Positions 18,476 through 24,000 of a DNA stretch of 24,000 nt are shown here, one piece after another (the first letter of the stretch is position 1; the number at the start of each line of letters is the position of its first letter). Below the pieces are notes generated by a model. It had not been told where the DNA came from and made no database searches. It saw only the letters and a program-made list of their open reading frames with translations. The stretch comes from a bacterium (GTDB lineage Bacteria > Bacillota_I > Bacilli_A > Acholeplasmatales > Anaeroplasmataceae): the NCBI GenBank assembly GCA_044432925.1, contig JAWXUE010000005.1, positions 23,984 to 47,983 of the forward strand, read 5' to 3'. Made by a program: the position numbers and the translations under genes.

Positions 18476-19342
18476 ATGGCAAATTTAAGAGAAGTACAAG
18501 GTAGAATTAACTCTACAAAAAAGACATCACAAATAACAAAAGCGATGTACATGGTATCTTCTTCTAAAGTTAGAAAAGCTGAAAAAGTATACTTACAATA
18601 TCAAGATTATATGTCTAGATTTTCTAATATGGTAAAGACTATTGTTAGTAAAGTAAGTAGTGCTGATTATAACCATGAAATGTTAACAGCAAGACCTGTT
18701 AATAAAACTGTTTATGTATTAGTAACATCTGACACAGGTTTAGCAGGTGCTTATAATGCAAATGTAATTAAATCATTTGAAAAAATTGTAAGTGAAAAAC
18801 ATAAATCTAAAGAAGAGTTCTATGTATCAGCGATTGGTAAAAAAGGACATGGATTAATAAAACAAAAAGGTTATCCTACATTAAGTGACGAAAGTATCTT
18901 TGTTAGGGATGATGTATTGTTTGTTGATATATTACCTTTAGTAACTAAAATCATTGATAGTTATTTAAAACAAGAAGTTGATAAAATAGTAATTATTTAT
19001 AATCACTATATTAATAGTATTACGCAAGAAACTACAGTTAGTACATTACTGCCTATTAATGAAATAGATGGTGAAACTATTGATGTAGATTACGTATTTG
19101 AAGGTGGAATTCAAGATACATTAGATACAATATTACCTATGTATGTTCAAAATATCATTTATGGAATAATCCTTGATGCTAAAACAAGTGAACATTCAAG
19201 TAGAATGACATCAATGAAGAATGCTACTGACAATACAAAAGAAGTAATTGATAAATTACAATTATTATATAATCGTGCAAGACAAGAAGCGATCACTAAT
19301 GAATTAATTGATATCATTGGTGGGGCAAGTGCGATAGAATAG
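18476..19342 (+). CDS. atpG: F0F1 ATP synthase subunit gamma
   Basis: N-terminus ANLREVQGRINSTKKTSQITKAM and C-terminus ITNELIDIIGGASA are canonical for gamma. Confidence 0.95.
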   Translation: MANLREVQGRINSTKKTSQITKAMYMVSSSKVRKAEKVYLQYQDYMSRFSNMVKTIVSKVSSADYNHEMLTARPVNKTVYVLVTSDTGLAGAYNANVIKSFEKIVSEKHKSKEEFYVSAIGKKGHGLIKQKGYPTLSDESIFVRDDVLFVDILPLVTKIIDSYLKQEVDKIVIIYNHYINSITQETTVSTLLPINEIDGETIDVDYVFEGGIQDTLDTILPMYVQNIIYGIILDAKTSEHSSRMTSMKNATDNTKEVIDKLQLLYNRARQEAITNELIDIIGGASAIE

Positions 19343-20752
<1,410 letters not shown>

Positions 20753-20755
20753 TTT

Positions 20756-21154
20756 ATGAGTAAAATCAAAGTAACTGTATCTACACATCAAGGTAAACTT
20801 TATGATGAAATGTGTGACCACATAACAATAAAAAATCAAAATGGTGAATTTGCAATTCTTAAAGATCATGTTCCTATTTGTACAGTTATTACTGAAGGTT
20901 ATGTAAAGTTAGTTAAAGATGATCAAGAATATTATTTATCTTTAATTAACGGATTAACTGAGTTTAATAATAATGTTTGTAATGTAGTAGCTCAAGAAGC
21001 TCATATTGGGCAAGATTATGACTCTGCTTTAGAACATTTAAATTCAGTTAGAAATGCTAGGCTAGAAGAAAATAGAAAAATAAACGCTGATTATACTCAG
21101 AGTGAAAAACAAATTAGAGATAATCTTAAGAATACTAAAGCAGGTTCTTTATAA
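20756..21154 (+). CDS. atpC: F0F1 ATP synthase subunit epsilon
   Basis: Last gene of the operon, 132 aa, with a beta-sandwich N-terminal part and a helical C-terminus. Confidence 0.85.
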   Translation: MSKIKVTVSTHQGKLYDEMCDHITIKNQNGEFAILKDHVPICTVITEGYVKLVKDDQEYYLSLINGLTEFNNNVCNVVAQEAHIGQDYDSALEHLNSVRNARLEENRKINADYTQSEKQIRDNLKNTKAGSL

Positions 21155-21160
21155 AAAAAT

Positions 21161-21196
21161 AAACATACAAAGTATAATATTTTGTATGTTTTTTAA
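21161..21196 (+). terminator. Rho-independent terminator of the atp operon
   Basis: AACATACAAA (21162-21171) / TTTGTATGTT (21181-21190) followed by a T-run. Confidence 0.7.
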
Positions 21197-21214
21197 TTAA
21201 AAGGGGGTAGTGTT

Positions 21215-21415
21215 ATGGATAGTAATTATATTTATTTTATAGGGATAATTGTTTCTTTTCCTATTGTATTTAGAATATTATTTAAACTTAAGTTTCAGGA
21301 GTTATTTAAAACAAATAATGTATGGGAAATAAAAGTAGCATACATTTTGTTTTCTATAGCTATTTGCCATCTATTAGCTAGTTTCTTAGAAAAGTTTTAT
21401 TTAATTAGTAATTAA
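21215..21415 (+). CDS. Small integral membrane protein, DUF1146/YwzB-like
   Basis: 66 aa with two TM helices separated by a basic loop (FRILFKLKFQELFKTNNVWEIKVAYILFSIAI). Its position directly after atpC matches B. subtilis ywzB. RBS AAGGGGG. Confidence 0.55.
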   Translation: MDSNYIYFIGIIVSFPIVFRILFKLKFQELFKTNNVWEIKVAYILFSIAICHLLASFLEKFYLISN

Positions 21416-21416
21416 T

Positions 21417-21445
21417 GTATATTTATCTTTTTTATGTCCATAATA
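21417..21445 (+). promoter_or_regulatory. Forespore (sigma-G/sigma-F-like) promoter-like motif upstream of spoIIQ
   Basis: GTATA (21417-21421), 17-nt spacer, CATAATA (21439-21445) fits GHATR-N17-18-CATnHTA. It would leave a very short leader, hence the low confidence. Confidence 0.3.
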
Positions 21446-21462
21446 ATTGTGAGGTGAAAAAG

Positions 21463-22140
21463 ATGAATGAAAAATTAAAAGAATTTTTTCAAAGCAAAAA
21501 AGAAGTATTCGTTTTTTTAGGATTATTAATAGTAACTTTCGTTACAGTTATTGCTATTGCTGATGCTACAGTATTTAATCAAAACGAAGAAGGACTTTTA
21601 GATACTGATGAAGATGATACTACTAATGAAGACTTAGATGATAATAATGATGAGGATGTTGTTGCTCCTGAGGTTATTTATAAGTTTGAATTACCAACTT
21701 TAGGAAATCAAATCATAGTAAGAGAATTTTATGATGCTACTGTAGATAGCGATAAAGAAAATGCTATTATAGTAAATGGTGATCAATACACTATGTCTAA
21801 AGGAATCGGATTTGCTAATGAAGATAATTCAGCATTTGATGTAGTTTGTATTTATCCAGGGAAAGTATTAAGTGTAGAACCAAGTGAAGTAATGGGTACA
21901 ACAATTACTATTGATCATGGAGATAATTTAATTAGTGTATATTATTCTTTAGCTGATACTAATGTAGTAGTTGGAGAACAATTAGAAGCACAAAGCGTAA
22001 TTGGTACTTCTGGGGCATCTAGTTTTGATATAGCCGCTGGTGTACACGTACATGTAGAAGTTAAATCAGGTTCAGAGTTTATTAATTTAACAACAATTAT
22101 TGGTCAAACAATTGATGAAGTTGCTTCTTCAATTAAATAA
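21463..22140 (+). CDS. spoIIQ: Stage II sporulation protein Q-like (TM anchor, acidic spacer, degenerate LytM/M23 domain)
   Basis: YTMSKGIGFA...FDVVCIYPGKV...IDHGDNLISVYYSLAD...IGTSG...GVHVHVEVK aligns block by block with B. subtilis SpoIIQ, including Ser in place of the first catalytic His. ATG 21463 lies after GAGGTGA. The 16-codon upstream extension in the ORF track is unlikely to be real. Confidence 0.75.
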   Translation: MNEKLKEFFQSKKEVFVFLGLLIVTFVTVIAIADATVFNQNEEGLLDTDEDDTTNEDLDDNNDEDVVAPEVIYKFELPTLGNQIIVREFYDATVDSDKENAIIVNGDQYTMSKGIGFANEDNSAFDVVCIYPGKVLSVEPSEVMGTTITIDHGDNLISVYYSLADTNVVVGEQLEAQSVIGTSGASSFDIAAGVHVHVEVKSGSEFINLTTIIGQTIDEVASSIK

Positions 22141-22141
22141 T

Positions 22142-22170
22142 GTATATTATAAGTTTAATGAGCATATAAT
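22142..22170 (+). promoter_or_regulatory. Sigma-E-like promoter motif upstream of spoIIID
   Basis: GTATATT (22142-22148), 14-nt spacer, CATATAAT (22163-22170), compared with the mother-cell sigma-E consensus kmATATT-N14-CATACAmT. Confidence 0.35.
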
Positions 22171-22185
22171 TTACTGGTGATTACA

Positions 22186-22437
22186 ATGAATGAATTAAAT
22201 AATAGAGCAGTAAATATGGCCGAAATAATGATTAAAGATAAACTTACTGTAAGACAGGTAGCTCAAATAGTAGGTGTATCTAAATCTACTGTACATAAAG
22301 ATTTAAAAGAAAGATTAAGATTAGCAAATTATTTATTGTATGAACAAGTTTGTGACTTACTACAATATAATAAAAATATCCGCCACATAAGAGGCGGAGA
22401 AAGCACTAAGCTTAAATATATTAAACATCAAGCATAA
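22186..22437 (+). CDS. spoIIID: Stage III sporulation protein D (small HTH transcription factor)
   Basis: VRQVAQIVGVSKSTVHKDLKERL...YNKNIRHIRGGESTKLKY closely matches B. subtilis SpoIIID (FGVSKSTVHKDLTERL...HLRGGEATKLKY). Confidence 0.9.
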   Translation: MNELNNRAVNMAEIMIKDKLTVRQVAQIVGVSKSTVHKDLKERLRLANYLLYEQVCDLLQYNKNIRHIRGGESTKLKYIKHQA

Positions 22438-23023
22438 CTGCAGAAATAAAATTTATATTAACCTTACTTTTTGTAAGGTTTTTTATATTTTCTAAAACAT
22501 CATCTGTAAAAGAAGGTTCTATTAATAATGTTAGGGCGATGTTTTCTGAAAATATAGAATCAGTAATTGTAATATTTTCTAAGACTTGAATAAAGTTATA
22601 AAATGAATAATCAAAACTTATTTCATATTTATTAAATTCTTTTGTAGTAGTGAAAGAAGCACATAATAAAGCATCACTTACGCTTTTACTATAAGCTCTA
22701 ACTAATCCACCTGCTCCTAATTTAACACCACCATAGTATCTTGTAGTTACTGCTAATATATTAGTAAGGTTTTGTTTCTTCAACACATCTAACATAGGAT
22801 ATCCTGCTGTTTTAGAAGGCTCTTTATCATCACTACATTTTTGTATTAAACCATTATCTAAAATATAAGCATAACAGTTATGTGTTGCATCATAATATTT
22901 TTTTCTTACATTAACTAATAATTCGTTAGTCTCTTCAACACTATTCACTAAAAATAGATTTGTAATAAACGTTGATTTGTCGATGTTTATTGAATTTGTA
23001 ATGTTATTTTTTATCTTGTTCAT
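22421..23023 (-). CDS. yigZ: YigZ/IMPACT-family protein (UPF0029)
   Basis: KSTFITNLFLV...ATHNCYAY...DDKEPSKTAGYPMLDVL...VTRYYGGVKLGAGGLVRAY matches the IMPACT N-domain signature. RBS AGGTGA on the minus strand. Confidence 0.85.
   Translation of the reverse strand: MNKIKNNITNSINIDKSTFITNLFLVNSVEETNELLVNVRKKYYDATHNCYAYILDNGLIQKCSDDKEPSKTAGYPMLDVLKKQNLTNILAVTTRYYGGVKLGAGGLVRAYSKSVSDALLCASFTTTKEFNKYEISFDYSFYNFIQVLENITITDSIFSENIALTLLIEPSFTDDVLENIKNLTKSKVNINFISAVMLDV
22460..22486 (+). terminator. Plus-strand terminator for spoIIID, embedded in the 3' coding end of the convergent yigZ gene
   Basis: AACCTTAC (22460-22467) / GTAAGGTT (22473-22480), loop TTTTT, then TTTTAT. Confidence 0.55.
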
Positions 23024-23082
23024 TTATATCACCTAATTTATTTTAACACAATAAATATTTTAAGTAAAATCGATTTTTAGTA

Positions 23083-23111
23083 TTGCATTAATAAAAATAC
23101 TTTGATATACT
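23083..23111 (+). promoter_or_regulatory. Sigma-A-type promoter for degV
   Basis: TTGCAT (23083-23088), 17-nt spacer, extended -10 TGaTATACT (23103-23111). Confidence 0.5.
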
Positions 23112-23137
23112 AAGTATTACATAAAGGAGTGTGTATT

Positions 23138-23992
23138 ATGAAAAAAAGAATAGCAGTAGCAACATCAACAGGATGCTTAGATATTCATCCACATGGATTG
23201 AATATTCCAATTATAAGATTAACATTAATATTAAATGATAAAGAATATTTAGATGGTGAAGATATTCAACCAGTAGAGTTCTATCAATACTTAAAAGATC
23301 ATCCAGAAGTATTACCAAAAACTTCACAACCATCAGTTGGTTATTTAATGGATTTCTTTGAAAAATTAATTAGTGAAGGTTATGAAGAAATATTTGTTAG
23401 TACGATATCTTCTAAATTATCTAGTACATATAGTAATGTTGTACAAACAGCACAAATGTATAAAGATAAAGTAGATATACATGTATTTGATACTAAAACA
23501 GTATGTTTTAATGAAGGTTACTTTTCAATTGTAACAGCAAATATGATTAATGAAAATCAAAGTACTGAAGCTATTAATGCTAAATTAGAATCACTAAGAG
23601 ATAATAATACTATTTTCTTCGGTGTTAATTCATTAGAATTTTTAGTTAAAAATGGTAGGTTATCAGGTGCAGCAGGTTTTATGGGTAAATTTCTTCAAAT
23701 TAAACCTATGCTTCAACTAACATCTCATGGTACAATAGAAGCAGTAGAAAAAATAAGAACTACAAAAAAATCATTAGACTTAGTTTGTGAATCTGTAAAT
23801 AAATATGTAAATGGAAGAAAAGCTTCATATAATATTGTTTTTACAGGTCAGTCAGAAAATCATGGATATTTTTTAGACAAGTTAAAAGAAATATGCGGTC
23901 TATCAGGTTTAGTAGAAGTTGGATGTTCTTGTGTAGTTGGTAGTCACGTAGGTGGAGATATCATTGGTATAGGGATATTTATTGAAGAATAA
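23138..23992 (+). CDS. degV: DegV-family fatty-acid-binding protein
   Basis: IAVATSTGC...PKTSQPSVG...NSLEFLVKNGRLSGAAGFMG..LQIKP.. are typical DegV blocks. ATG 23138 lies 8 nt after AAAGGAG. Confidence 0.85.
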   Translation: MKKRIAVATSTGCLDIHPHGLNIPIIRLTLILNDKEYLDGEDIQPVEFYQYLKDHPEVLPKTSQPSVGYLMDFFEKLISEGYEEIFVSTISSKLSSTYSNVVQTAQMYKDKVDIHVFDTKTVCFNEGYFSIVTANMINENQSTEAINAKLESLRDNNTIFFGVNSLEFLVKNGRLSGAAGFMGKFLQIKPMLQLTSHGTIEAVEKIRTTKKSLDLVCESVNKYVNGRKASYNIVFTGQSENHGYFLDKLKEICGLSGLVEVGCSCVVGSHVGGDIIGIGIFIEE

Positions 23993-24000
23993 TTAATAAG

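Overview
Strongly AT-rich chromosomal segment from a low-GC Firmicute, probably a Bacilli- or Erysipelotrichia-like spore former. It uses the standard genetic code: TGA acts as a stop, for example at the atpF/atpH ATGA junction and at the end of the 12419..12847 ORF. All genes but one are on the + strand. In order: an OmpR-type response regulator and histidine kinase; rpsF-ssb-rpsR; a GdpP-type c-di-AMP phosphodiesterase whose frame runs without a stop into ribosomal protein L9; dnaB; prfA; a DUF1700/DUF4097-like membrane protein inserted between prfA and prmC; prmC; a short tsaC; spoIIR; a small GNAT-like ORF; a GC-rich promoter-to-terminator unit that folds like a yybP-ykoY (Mn2+) riboswitch; rpiB-upp-atpZ-atpI-atpBEFHAGDC; a ywzB-like small membrane protein; spoIIQ; spoIIID; a convergent yigZ/IMPACT gene; and degV. 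The gene order joins two regions that are far apart in Bacillus subtilis (rpsF..dnaC and prfA..atp..spoIIID), with many genes missing in between. This is core housekeeping DNA. I see no mobile element, CRISPR array, toxin-antitoxin pair or recognisable defence system, and I do not claim a new multi-gene system. The observations most worth follow-up are the orphan Mn2+-riboswitch-like element ahead of the rpiB-upp-atp block, the GdpP-L9 in-frame fusion, the Na+-binding signature in the ATP synthase c subunit, and the membrane protein that splits prfA from prmC. All family assignments come from motif recognition by eye. No searches were run.
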